A stretch of DNA of 64,000 nt, from IMG/VR virus record IMGVR_UViG_3300013383_000019; one strand, 5' to 3'. This DNA comes from a virus. Taxonomy: Duplodnaviria > Heunggongvirae > Uroviricota > Caudoviricetes. The notes under the pieces are model-generated. The model saw only the letters and a list, made by a program, of their open reading frames with translations. It had not been told where the DNA came from and did no database searches. A program made the position numbers and the translations under genes. Shown here piece after piece: positions 1 to 8,271 of this stretch (position 1 is its first letter; the number at the start of each line of letters is the position of its first letter).

Positions 1-74
1 GTAAGCATCTGCTCAACCTTGCCCTCAGCCTTCTCCCAGAACTCGCGCAGTTCACGATCTTCAACCTTTTTCAT
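1..74 (-). CDS. Hypothetical protein, N-terminal fragment. Starts MKKVEDRELREFWEKAEGKVEQML and runs off the window edge.
   Basis: Reverse-complement ATG at 72-74 and an open frame to position 1; belongs to the minus-strand operon with 105..362. Confidence 0.35.
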   Translation of the reverse strand, partial: MKKVEDRELREFWEKAEGKVEQML

Positions 75-104
75 CCTCAAATACCTCCTCTGTTTTATTG
101 TCGC

Positions 105-362
105 TTACTTGTTCTTCTTACCAGCCAGTTCCTTATCGGCCTCGTCCAGCGCCTCGTTCAGCGCTTCCACTTCGGCCTCCAGATCTGCGATCTTATCGTG
201 CAGCGCCTGCTGCCCGCCAAGGTCGTCAATGATCTCCTGTGCGTAGTTGAACAGCAGATTTTTTAGCGTTTCCTTTGCGCCAGCGATACCGTTACCCCGC
301 GCCTTCGCAGACTCGTAAGCAATGCGCGCGCCTGTGAGATTCGTGTAATGTTCCTGTTTCAT
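105..362 (-). CDS. Hypothetical coiled-coil protein, 85 aa.
   Basis: Six-frame track ORF with a TAA stop; co-oriented with the downstream minus-strand genes. Confidence 0.45.
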   Translation of the reverse strand: MKQEHYTNLTGARIAYESAKARGNGIAGAKETLKNLLFNYAQEIIDDLGGQQALHDKIADLEAEVEALNEALDEADKELAGKKNK

Positions 363-504
363 GTGTTTTCCTCCAATAATTCATGATGTTAAATGAGTTC
401 CACCGGCGAGGTAGATAGGTTATACCACCCCGCAGGCATATCTTTCGAACCCTGTAACGTTACAAGGATTCTCAGCAAAAAAGAGATGTTGGAAACGAAA
501 AGAT

Positions 505-515
505 GTGCTATAATG
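505..515 (+). promoter_or_regulatory. Extended -10 promoter (tgtgcTATAAT) for cassette ORF 580..849.
   Basis: TGnTATAAT motif about 65 nt upstream of the RBS gagagg and the ATG at 580. Confidence 0.5.
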
Positions 516-579
516 AACTTGCCGGGTCCGCTCCATAGCATGCCTCACCGATACTTTGAAAAAGAGAGGTATTTTGTCT

Positions 580-849
580 ATGAAGAAGTAGAATTCCTGG
601 CATAAAGACTTATTGATCGTATTCCTTGGCATCACATTGTTTTGCATTGGGATACAGTACGGCACAGCAAACGACATAGCGCTGTTCTGGTCCATCGTAC
701 AAATGGTGGCCTCCGAAACTGTATTGGGCGCAATAGAATTTACCCTATCATGCGCCGGGTGCTCTACGGAAATTGCAAACTGCGCCACATAGGTGCTGCT
801 TGTAATAGAACTGCTCTGTACTCTATTTGCACCGCCACAAAGTCAATAA
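580..849 (+). CDS. Small two-TM membrane protein (cassette copy) with in-frame TAG at codon 4 and one further in-frame TAG. Either an amber-gated gene or a pseudogene.
   Basis: Reads MKK*NSWHKDLLIVFLGITLFCIGIQYG...CAT*VLLVIELL..; RBS gagagg; TAA stop; paralogs at 995 and 1412 share the ATG-AAG-TAG start. Confidence 0.4.
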
Positions 850-930
850 GCCAGAGAGGCAGCTTCCTGGAGGTTGCCTCCTTTCGTTTCCAACGTTACC
901 CACCCCTAACCCTACACAAAGAAGAAAGCA

Positions 931-941
931 TGTGATATACT
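931..941 (+). promoter_or_regulatory. Extended -10 promoter (tgtgaTATACT) for cassette ORF 995..1240.
   Basis: TG-n-TATACT motif; the same motif recurs upstream of the minus-strand cassette at 42384. Confidence 0.45.
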
Positions 942-994
942 GAATACGCTACTTGTAGCACGCCTCGCCAAATATAAACACGGAGGTGTTCGCT

Positions 995-1240
995 ATGAAG
1001 TAGAACATTGAAAAGATTATCGCTTGGGTTTGTCTTGTCGTCTCATGTATCGGTCTGCTGGTCCCCGCCATATCCTTTGTCGGGTTACTCCTGTCTGCGA
1101 TACTCATGATTACGTCAGACGCCACATAGCCAGCTATAGACCTCCTGCTGGCACTCATTGGCTGTCTCATTCCGGCTGTGAGTATATTTGCCCTTATGCT
1201 CACACTATAGGAATGGGCAGTCGCTGTGTCCGATGAGTAA
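995..1240 (+). CDS. Small two-TM membrane protein (cassette copy) with three in-frame TAG codons. Either an amber-gated gene or a pseudogene.
   Basis: Reads MK*NIEKIIAWVCLVVSCIGLLVPAISFVGLLLSAILMITSDAT*PAIDLLLALIGCLIPAVSIFALMLTL*EWAVAVSDE; RBS cggagg; TAA stop. Confidence 0.4.
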
Positions 1241-1341
1241 GCTGTAGTCTTTTCTGAGGCGTGGCACATCCAGTGTCATGCCTTCTTTGTGTCAACCAAT
1301 TATTGATCCCTCCCCTAACCCTACACAAAGCAACGAACGCA

Positions 1342-1350
1342 TGATATAAT
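1342..1350 (+). promoter_or_regulatory. Extended -10 promoter (aTGaTATAAT) for cassette copy 1412.
   Basis: TGnTATAAT motif 60 nt upstream of the RBS aggagg. Confidence 0.45.
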
Positions 1351-1411
1351 GGACTTGAAGGTTCCCACCTCGTAGCAAACCTCGGCAATATATCTCAGGA
1401 GGTAATTGCCT

Positions 1412-1640
1412 ATGTAGTATCTGTAGAATCTTCATAAAGAAAAGATCATTGCCTGTATTTGCCTTGTCCTGTCATGCGTCGGACTGTTTGTCTCCGCCAT
1501 ATCCATTGTCGGAGCGCTTCTGGCCTTAGCTATAATGCTCAGGCATATCTGCGGTTGATTTTCTGCTGGCATTCTTCGGCTGCATTATTCCTATTGTGGG
1601 GGTAATTGGACTATTCTTCACGCTCTAGGAATGGGCAATC
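1412..1640 (+). pseudogene. Third cassette copy, M*YL*NLHKEKIIACICLVLSCVGLFVSAISIVGALLALAIM.., with two early in-frame TAG codons and a frameshift indel relative to copy 995.
   Basis: Homology to 995..1240 breaks frame near 1560 (a 67-nt versus 75-nt aligned block). The conserved 'ctctaggaatgggca' block is kept. Confidence 0.35.
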
Positions 1641-1861
1641 ACGATGTCGAGCAACGAACCGGCATTATCGGTTGCCCCATTTCTACGGCAAGAGTAATCA
1701 AACATTGCTCATGCTTCGGGAATAGGTAATCGTAATACCCAGCAAAGAATAAACCGCCGGTTTCCTGGGAACGGCGCAATCCAGCGTCGCGTGTTGCTTT
1801 GTGTCAACCAAATTGTTATTCAATTTTCAAGGTTTCCCCCACTCCCATCGATTTCGATGGG

Positions 1862-2149
1862 TTATTCCCTTTTAACGCCGCCCTGAATGGCGGCTACAAA
1901 TTCCCCGTTGGATACCGGCAACTTCACCCCCAGCCGGATACAGTTGTAAGCCATCAGCCCCGCATAGCAGGCTGAAAGATCTTCGTCTCCATCCAGTCCT
2001 GCCCCAAATTCCGCCGCCACCTGTAAGACCCCGGCCTTGTGCGCTTCAGTGTCGGCCTTGAACAGCGCAGCGTTCGCGTCATAGAATTCCCGCCACTTCT
2101 GCGCCTGTTCGGCCGCATAAGCTTCATCCATCGGTTTGCATTTCGGCAT
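1862..2149 (-). CDS. Hypothetical protein, 95 aa.
   Basis: Track ORF with a TAA stop; minus-strand operon with the primase. Confidence 0.5.
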   Translation of the reverse strand: MPKCKPMDEAYAAEQAQKWREFYDANAALFKADTEAHKAGVLQVAAEFGAGLDGDEDLSACYAGLMAYNCIRLGVKLPVSNGEFVAAIQGGVKRE

Positions 2150-2166
2150 ACAAAACTCCTCACTTC

Positions 2167-2177
2167 TGTGCTATAAT
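2167..2177 (+). promoter_or_regulatory. Extended -10 promoter (tgtgcTATAAT).
   Basis: TGnTATAAT motif 30 nt upstream of the small ORF 2209. Confidence 0.4.
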
Positions 2178-2208
2178 TTCATTAACGCCGGGCGCAGGAA
2201 AGGATCAT

Positions 2209-2358
2209 TATGAAACCTCTGAATCGCGATGAAATCCAAATGCTGGCCCTCGAATACGCGAAATTGAAATGCTCGTCAACAGATACGGCTGTCAATCTTG
2301 CAAAATTTTATCTGGAGGCATACACTGAGATCTTGAACTATGTTCAAGGTAACACCTA
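2209..2358 (+). CDS. Small hypothetical protein, 49 aa (MKPLNRDEIQMLALEYAKLK...).
   Basis: RBS aggaaagga and the promoter above; overlaps the convergent ORF 2292..2504, so only one of the two may be real. Confidence 0.3.
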
Positions 2359-2504
2359 ACTTCAAGTTCGACTTTCCCAACCTCAGCTAGATATTTTGAA
2401 ACGTCACTAATGTCGTATGCGTCCGGCGATTGTGTAATTTTCCCATAAAGGAACTCCATCCACCCGAGCAGAATCTCTTCCATTCGTTCCAACTTATTCT
2501 CCAT
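2292..2504 (-). CDS. Hypothetical protein, 70 aa, translationally coupled to the primase-polymerase gene.
   Basis: RBS GGAGGA 9 nt upstream; 11-nt overlap with the end of 2494..3942. Confidence 0.4.
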   Translation of the reverse strand: MENKLERMEEILLGWMEFLYGKITQSPDAYDISDVSKYLAEVGKVELEVRCYLEHSSRSQCMPPDKILQD

Positions 2505-3942
2505 TAACCAGTTCCTCCAATTCTTTTTTCCCCATAATCTTTTTCAGCCGCGCCTGCAGCACCATGGCCTGCAGCACCATGCTATATACTTCCATAAAAT
2601 TCTCCTTCGTGGGCTCAGCCAGATGATCCGGCAGCGTGACCTGCTTCGCCTGAAGGCTCCACTCCTCTGGCAATGGCGGCGGTGTGGATCCAACCACATA
2701 ATATTTGTTCGGCTTTCGTTTCAGCTGGCCGTTCTCCATGTATGCGGCTCCATGAACCAGATCGATCTGCCGCTGGCGTACCATCTTCCACGCCGCGTCA
2801 AAGACTGTCTTCCACGTCGTTCCCAGTGCCGCCGCCGCCCAGTCGTAGCTCATCTGGCAGGTAACATGTCGTTTCAGTTTCCACCGCAGCAGGAACATGA
2901 ACTTCCGGCAGGTACGATTCGGCTGTGCCGCCCAATAAGCAATGTCGTCCGCGGTGAACACGGTCGGCTTACCTTTTCCGGGTGACGCCGCCACAAACTG
3001 CTCGCTGTAGACCCAGCGCATAATGTCGTCCGTCTCGCGCTCCAACGCCGCCGGCGACTGAAGTAGGAAATCCTCCGGCTGGTGCGCCGCCCAGGCCAGC
3101 AGTTCCGCGCGGTTGCGCTCCTGGCTTAGCCCGCGCCGCCGGTTATACATCCCAATGGCCAGCATCGTGTTGTGTCGGTGCCCCGGCTCTAACAAATCGG
3201 GATAGCCGTCGCCCTCCATCTGCGCCAGGTCTGCCCGCTTCATCTTCCGCGCGGGGACTGTTTCATTCTCCGGCATATCAAACGGCTTGCGCGGCGGCAG
3301 GATTTCCAACACCTTTTCGAAGTCGGCCACCGCCATCTGCTGAATCTGTAATATATACGCCGGATCCTCGATGGGCTGCAGCGTATCCCGATCCAGATAC
3401 CAGCACACCCGCCCGGTCTTGCAATGCACTGACAGCGGCAGCTTTATGGCCTGCCCGTTGGTCGGCCTGAACTCTATCTTGTGCGGGTCGAAGTTGCCGT
3501 CCACGCATACGCAGTCGTAGAACTTGCGCAGCTGCTCGGTGTACACAAGCCTGTCAAAGAAGATCTCGACATGGTACCCTTTGCCTCCGCTGGTGCTGAC
3601 GTAAATCAGTTCGCGGGGGACGCCATACCCGGTCAGGATCTCGATCAGCTTCTTTACCTCGAACGGATCGGGATAGTCGACGTCAAAGCAGATGAATTTG
3701 CTGCTGTACGCACCGGCGAAGACGCTGATTGCCAGCCTGCGATTCAGATGCTGGCACACCGCCCGGTTGGTCAGCTTCACGGGACCGGAGCTGGACTTGG
3801 GCATGTATATCCGATACCCCGCTTCCAGCTCGGGTGCCGCCTGCATTACCACATAGCGCTGGCGGTATGAGATGTACAGGTCGCAGAGGCGGTTCACGAC
3901 GTCGTAAAAGTTTTCCATGGCAGGTCCCCCTGATTTAATCAA
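2494..3942 (-). CDS. Primase-polymerase of the archaeo-eukaryotic primase (AEP) family; a replication initiation protein.
   Basis: 482 aa with the motifs CFDVDYPD (DxD), SGGKGYHVEIFF and TGYGVPREL, which are typical of Prim-Pol domains. Sits next to a repeat-rich putative origin. Confidence 0.75.
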   Translation of the reverse strand: MIKSGGPAMENFYDVVNRLCDLYISYRQRYVVMQAAPELEAGYRIYMPKSSSGPVKLTNRAVCQHLNRRLAISVFAGAYSSKFICFDVDYPDPFEVKKLIEILTGYGVPRELIYVSTSGGKGYHVEIFFDRLVYTEQLRKFYDCVCVDGNFDPHKIEFRPTNGQAIKLPLSVHCKTGRVCWYLDRDTLQPIEDPAYILQIQQMAVADFEKVLEILPPRKPFDMPENETVPARKMKRADLAQMEGDGYPDLLEPGHRHNTMLAIGMYNRRRGLSQERNRAELLAWAAHQPEDFLLQSPAALERETDDIMRWVYSEQFVAASPGKGKPTVFTADDIAYWAAQPNRTCRKFMFLLRWKLKRHVTCQMSYDWAAAALGTTWKTVFDAAWKMVRQRQIDLVHGAAYMENGQLKRKPNKYYVVGSTPPPLPEEWSLQAKQVTLPDHLAEPTKENFMEVYSMVLQAMVLQARLKKIMGKKELEELVNGE

Positions 3943-3949
3943 TCATTAA

Positions 3950-3968
3950 TAAAGGGAACATTTTAATG
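3950..3968 (-). promoter_or_regulatory. Conserved phage promoter motif AAAATGTTCCCTTTATTA; copy 1 of 5, upstream of the primase gene.
   Basis: Reverse complement of taataaagggaacatttt, about 30 nt upstream of the primase start on the minus strand. Confidence 0.55.
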
Positions 3969-4020
3969 GCCGTTTTTTCAGTTTGGCGAAAAAAATTTTT
4001 GCGGCAGCCGCAGAAGCATT

Positions 4021-4108
4021 GTTAAATATTTCACATTGAAATGAAAAACTTAAGTGAACGAATGGATATGGTCTAGGGAAGAGTAGGGATATATACTTCG
4101 TATATATA
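4021..4108 (+). repeat. Copy A of the 90 bp regulatory repeat module. It contains aaaacttaagtgaac and the palindrome atatatacttcgtatatat.
   Basis: About 85-90% identical to 4231..4317 and to the inverted copy 20645..20735. Confidence 0.8.
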
Positions 4109-4230
4109 AACTGTAATATTTGGGAGCTGCGGTCTTGGCGGTTTGTCTCCGACCTTTGGTCATGACCTTGACCTCAGCCTTCGGCCTTCGGCCTTGGCCA
4201 GACCATGAAATTAGTTATTACGATATACAT

Positions 4231-4317
4231 GTTAAATATTTCACATTGAAACAAAAAACTTAAGTGAACATGAGGATATCGGTCTTGGGAAGAGTAGGAT
4301 ATATACTTCGTATATAT
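4231..4317 (+). repeat. Copy B of the 90 bp regulatory repeat module, a direct tandem of copy A.
   Basis: Sequence identity to 4021..4108. Confidence 0.8.
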
Positions 4318-4481
4318 GGGCTCAGGTTCTGATCTTGAAATAAGGGGAGTTTCTGCACTTCTTCGCAGCTTCGCTCTGCTCAGAAGTACAGAAATGTCAT
4401 CGCTTCGGAACGGCCTGCGGCCTTCGCAGCTTCGGCCTTGGGACCTTGGGGCAGGGGCCTCATACCTTCTTGGAATTATCG

Positions 4482-4505
4482 TTAAATAATTCACATTAAA
4501 ACAAG
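4482..4505 (+). repeat. Partial copy C of the 90 bp module (gttaaataattcacattaaaacaa).
   Basis: Matches the 5' end of copies A and B. Confidence 0.5.
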
Positions 4506-5249
4506 GGGCGCGGCTTCGCAATTTCGTGGCTTCGCGGCTTCGCGGCTTCGGCCGTTGTCTTCGCTCCTGGGGGCTTCAGCTTCAAAGAAAAAATATCTCT
4601 GCAACGGGAAGGTTATGCCCGAAACCCACTCCCAATATATCCGACAACGGTTAAGGCCGAAATTTATTTCGATATTTATCGAAGCAAAATGGCGGGTTTT
4701 GGACGTTTTTCAGGCATTTTTCAGGGGGATTGGCGGAGCATTTGGGCGTCTTTGAAGGCCATTTTATGATATAGTTTAATAACGAATTCACCATGAAATG
4801 AGCGACCAGAGAGTGAACAGCCAGAGAAGCTGGCGCGAGCTGAGGTGAAATGGGTAAAGATTGTGCAAAGTTATGGCTGGGAATGCGAAAATATGTTGAT
4901 ATGTAACAGGCATAGAGGATTTGGAAGGCCGCCACACGCCACAAACGTAAACTATCATAACAGGTCATAATATGCCATTATGTCCTGTTATCTTTTTAAC
5001 AATACACATGCTTTTTCTAATAAATATAATGTGTATCGATATGCAATAAAGCGAATAAAAGCCATGGCAAGGCAATGCCTAGCGTCGAACTAGGTAAACG
5101 AGCGTTTACATCATGACAATAGTTATTTATTTAACAATTAAACACTCATTTAATCGTTCACAACAGTAAACATCTGTTTACCTTTTCGTTAAATATTTAA
5201 CGTAGTCCAGCCCAAAGCGCTTCACTTTGCTGAAGCGTCTGCCTTGGCT

Positions 5250-5435
5250 CTCCACCCCTCCACCCCTCCACCCCTCCACCCCTCGGAGGGAAGCGCTCTA
5301 CCCTGATAAAGCGCTTACCCCCGATGCCCTGCCTTCGCCGTCCTTCGCCGTCCTTCGCCGTCCTTCGCCTTCCTTCCCTTCCTTCCCTTCCTTCCTCCCT
5401 CCCTGCCTTCCCTTCCCTTCCCTTCCCTTCCCTAT
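5250..5435. repeat. Polypyrimidine tract on the plus strand, polypurine on the minus strand, with (CCACCCCT)4, (CCTTCGCCGT)3-4 and (CCTTC/CCCTT)n runs. The minus strand carries G4-capable GGGAAG / GGAGGGGT repeats.
   Basis: Direct reading of the sequence: ccacccctccacccctccacccctccaccc ... ccttcccttcccttcccttccc. Confidence 0.8.
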
Positions 5436-5552
5436 ATAGCACCATAATACCAGTTAGATATATCTAACGCCATCCTTTTTGCTATATAATAGGTAGAAAC
5501 CGCCGCCAAGCAAAAAGTTGCGAAAAAAAGCAAAAAAAATTTGCAGAAGGGG

Positions 5553-5581
5553 TTGACATACACTGCATAGTGTGCTATCAT
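5553..5581 (+). promoter_or_regulatory. Sigma70-type promoter: TTGACA, 17 bp spacer, extended TGcTATCAT.
   Basis: Consensus -35 box, exact 17 bp spacing and an extended -10; about 270 nt upstream of the ATG at 5852. Confidence 0.6.
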
Positions 5582-5589
5582 GCGTCATG

Positions 5590-5850
5590 TCAAGACACTG
5601 TGCAGTGTCTTCCGCACCTTGACAGTCCAATAGCCCCCGCCCCCGTCGCAGGGATTGCGCCCCATGGGTGCGCGCCGTCGGTGTATCCGGCAAGGGCGCG
5701 CGAAAAAGCCCACAAGCGCATGATATGCGATAGAGGACGGGCGCACAAGAGCATTTTTCCGCCGCTTGCAGGATTCCTTCCCTGCCAAAAAGCTTATTAA
5801 GGTTACCCAAAAATAATTTAACAGCGGCGCACGCCGCAGAAGGAGAAAAC
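5590..5850 (+). other. Long GC-rich 5' leader, about 260 nt, with a perfect hairpin (aagacactg-tg-cagtgtctt); possibly a structured regulatory RNA.
   Basis: Lies between the promoter and the RBS aaggaga; an inverted repeat at 5590-5612; C- and G-rich tracts. Confidence 0.3.
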
Positions 5851-5851
5851 C

Positions 5852-6649
5852 ATGGAAAAGACCACCACCATCATCAGCGCGGAAAATGCCAAAACCATCG
5901 CCCAGAAAATGACCGAACGGGCAAGTGCGCCTCAAATTAAGACCGTGCGCGTCAACGTCAATCCGTGCTGTTTCGCGTCCAACTTTGCGGAACAGCTGCG
6001 GGAACGCCAAACCGCGCTGGATAACGCCATTGCTCTGTACAAGTCTACCTATACGGAAAAAGGCGATATCATTAGCGCATGGGCGAACGTCGAAACGGCG
6101 CTAGAGGACTATAACGCCGAATACAAAGCCTTGCAGATTGACGCTTTGCGCAACGCCGGGACGGCTGTATATGTCACGTCTCCGATGTGCAAGGTTTGCA
6201 AGGTTCGCCGCGACAAAGACGGGCTTTATAAGTCTATGGACTTTGTTGACATGCCTGTTTTACCGTCTGAGTTCGACGACCGCGAAAAACCCATGTTTGC
6301 AAGTGCCCACTGGAAAGACGCCTTCCGCAACCTTGCGAACGCTTGCGGTTTTGTGTTCGGCGAAGAATGCGCCTTCGAAAACCGCGAAGGTGCTTCTAGC
6401 CGCGCAAAAATCAAAGACGCGCTTGCGGATTGCATTAAAGCTGTTTTCGGCTCTGAGTGCAAATACAGTCCGCGTTCTAGCGACGTTAGCGCGTTACTGT
6501 ACAGTTTCGCAAGTCGTGACACGCGCAACGTTAACAGCTTTAAGCGTATGGCCGTGAGCATGTTCCGTTGGTGCATTATCGACACTATCGGCGCGGCCAT
6601 GAACGGCGCTAGCTACAAATTTACCGCGACCAAAAAAGACGCCGAATGA
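5852..6649 (+). CDS. Hypothetical protein, 265 aa.
   Basis: Track ORF with RBS aggaga, a strong promoter and a downstream terminator. Confidence 0.6.
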   Translation: MEKTTTIISAENAKTIAQKMTERASAPQIKTVRVNVNPCCFASNFAEQLRERQTALDNAIALYKSTYTEKGDIISAWANVETALEDYNAEYKALQIDALRNAGTAVYVTSPMCKVCKVRRDKDGLYKSMDFVDMPVLPSEFDDREKPMFASAHWKDAFRNLANACGFVFGEECAFENREGASSRAKIKDALADCIKAVFGSECKYSPRSSDVSALLYSFASRDTRNVNSFKRMAVSMFRWCIIDTIGAAMNGASYKFTATKKDAE

Positions 6650-6775
6650 CCCTATACCTATACCCTGCCGTCCTGCGGGCGGCGGAAAAATGCTCTTGTG
6701 TGTGTGCTATGATTTTCGATAAAGGCCACCCCTTTGTGGGGCTGGTCTATTTCTCGTGCCTTAATTTATTTCAAT

Positions 6776-6815
6776 AAAGCGTTTGCTCCGGCCTTTTCAA
6801 ACGCTTTATTTTTGC
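6776..6815 (+). terminator. Rho-independent terminator.
   Basis: Stem aaagcgtttg...caaacgcttt followed by atttttg. Confidence 0.6.
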
Positions 6816-7433
6816 CAAACAAGGCAATCATAGCAATGGGCGTTATAAATTTATGGCAAGGCAAGCCTATAACCATAGCTGTATAGCATAGCATGGCATG
6901 GCTTGCGTGCTCTACCTACCATGGCGGCGGTATGCCTATAAGACGCAGCGGCGTTGTATAAAGGCAGGAATCATCATATCCGACGATAGTGGCGGCGGGG
7001 CTGAAAAAGCCATACCCGGCGTATCCTAGCAGGGACAAAACACGCGTTCGAAAGAGCGCCTGTAGCGCGTCGTACCGTTGCGAAACAGGAACGGCTATAA
7101 GGGGATACGATTCTATTTTTGCGCAGAACTTTGCGGTTTGCAAGGGGCGGTTTATGCGAGACCGTCTCTTGCGACCGCAGCAAAGCGAAAGCGGAATGAT
7201 TGTTTTATTGAATTTACAGGAATGTTATAACTATGGATAGAGGAAATTCTACACCATACGAAGAAAATTCGGCTTCGCCCGCTTTGCCTGCGCAGCCTTC
7301 TGCCTTGCATTTGGCTCCGCCTTCGGCCTTGCCGGCCTTGCCTTTTGGCAACAATTCTGCTTCGCCGGCCTTGCCTTCCGGCGGCAGCTATGTTACAATG
7401 GCGGCAGAATGTGAAGGTAAAGGCGGGAAGAAT

Positions 7434-7664
7434 ATGGCGATCGATATGAAGCGGAAAAAGCAATATGATAATGAATGGCAGCGGCAAAATTGTATTCGAA
7501 TAAATTTTACAATTCGAAATAATACCGATACGGCAAAAGGTGTTATGATGTTGAAAGAACAGAAAATACCTGTTACGCCATACATTGAAAAAGCCCTTCG
7601 TAAACAACTCATCGCCGACGGCTATTTACGGCAATCCATCCAATCCAACGAAACAGAAGAATAA
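7434..7664 (+). CDS. Small ribbon-helix-helix-like DNA-binding protein, 76 aa.
   Basis: MAIDMKRKKQYDNEWQRQNCIRINFTIRNN.. resembles CopG/RHH plasmid and phage regulators. The track ORF 7233..7664 has an N-terminal extension that is a translation of Ala/Pro-coding repeat DNA and is probably not real. Confidence 0.45.
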   Translation: MAIDMKRKKQYDNEWQRQNCIRINFTIRNNTDTAKGVMMLKEQKIPVTPYIEKALRKQLIADGYLRQSIQSNETEE

Positions 7665-7678
7665 CCTGCAAAATTGAG

Positions 7679-7716
7679 AACAGCCCTATGCGCAAGCCGC
7701 GGGGGCTGTTTTTCTA
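7679..7716 (+). terminator. Rho-independent terminator.
   Basis: Stem acagccc...gggctgt followed by ttttc. Confidence 0.5.
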
Positions 7717-7964
7717 TGCCCAAAATTAAGCAAAGGAGGTAATCCTCACCCGGATCCTCATGCCTTATGGTGTGAATTATGCAGTCGTTGGCGAATGGCG
7801 GAATATCATGACGGTGTTTATGTCTGCAAACCGCAGCGGGTTTCATGCCGGTGTGCGCGGCGTTTGAGCCCGGCTTATGAACCGGCGCAGCTGCTTGCGG
7901 CTCAACAGCTCTACGGCTCTGCCTATATGGCAAATAAAGGAGGTGTGCAATTCGAAAATCGTAG

Positions 7965-8112
7965 ATAACGATGCGGGAAATTTGTAAATTCCTGCATCGC
8001 CCATCGCCACATCGCGGAAATTTACAAATTTGTCGGATCGTCTGATTGCGGAAATTCTGGAATAGCCTGATTGCGGAAATTTATATTTAAGACATCGCGG
8101 AAATTTCAAAGG
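7965..8112 (+). promoter_or_regulatory. Array of five GATTGCGGAAAT(TT) / CATCGCGGAAATTT repeats with AAATTTGTAAATT palindromic cores; a putative operator and promoter region for the early operon.
   Basis: Five copies within 150 bp, immediately upstream of the RBS aaaggagga and the ATG at 8123. Confidence 0.55.
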
Positions 8113-8122
8113 AGGAATCCCC

Positions 8123-8269
8123 ATGGACTACATCACCAGCGCAGCATACCTGTACGACGGCGGCTGGCGCAAAGAGGACAAGGAGCAGCTGATTGCGGAA
8201 TATGGCCTTTCAGAAGAGGACGCGCAGAAAATCTGCGCAGAGCTTGCAAGATTTGAAGAGGAGGAATAG
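8123..8269 (+). CDS. Small early protein, 48 aa; the first gene of the early operon.
   Basis: RBS aaaggagga; ends in TAG immediately before the next gene. Confidence 0.5.
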   Translation: MDYITSAAYLYDGGWRKEDKEQLIAEYGLSEEDAQKICAELARFEEEE

Positions 8270-8271
8270 CA

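Larger units (their letters stand above)
393..1850 (+). repeat. Three diverged tandem copies, about 410-520 bp each, of a cassette made of an extended -10 promoter, a conserved leader and a small hydrophobic ORF that starts ATG-AAG-(AAG)-TAG.
   Basis: Shared blocks: cccctaaccctacacaaag at about 903 and 1313; ctttgtgtcaaccaa at about 1284 and 1800; leaders cctcgccaaatata / cctcggcaatatat; homologous peptide segments. Confidence 0.7.
4160..4570. repeat. Clusters of short iteron-like repeats (CTTCGGCCTTG / GGCTTCGC) scattered through a non-coding region.
   Basis: Runs such as gccttcggccttcggccttggcc and ggcttcgcggcttcgcggcttcggcc. Related repeats recur at 7260..7390. Confidence 0.6.

Noticed and set aside
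4021-5450. CRISPR array, suggested by the repeated 90 bp units and short CTTCGG repeats.
   Set aside because: There is no regular repeat-spacer periodicity. The units are long, diverged and partly inverted. No cas genes are nearby.
5454-5810. Track ORFs 5454..5810(-), 5585..6010(-) and 5570..5800(+), lying over the promoter and leader region.
   Set aside because: They overlap a consensus sigma70 promoter and a long GC-rich leader. They have no RBS and a biased composition, so they are likely non-coding.
7233-7433. N-terminal extension of ORF 7233..7664, rich in Ala, Pro and Ser.
   Set aside because: It is the translation of the CTTCGGCCTTGCC repeat DNA. The real gene more plausibly starts at 7434 with the RHH-like MAIDMKRKK.. 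sequence.
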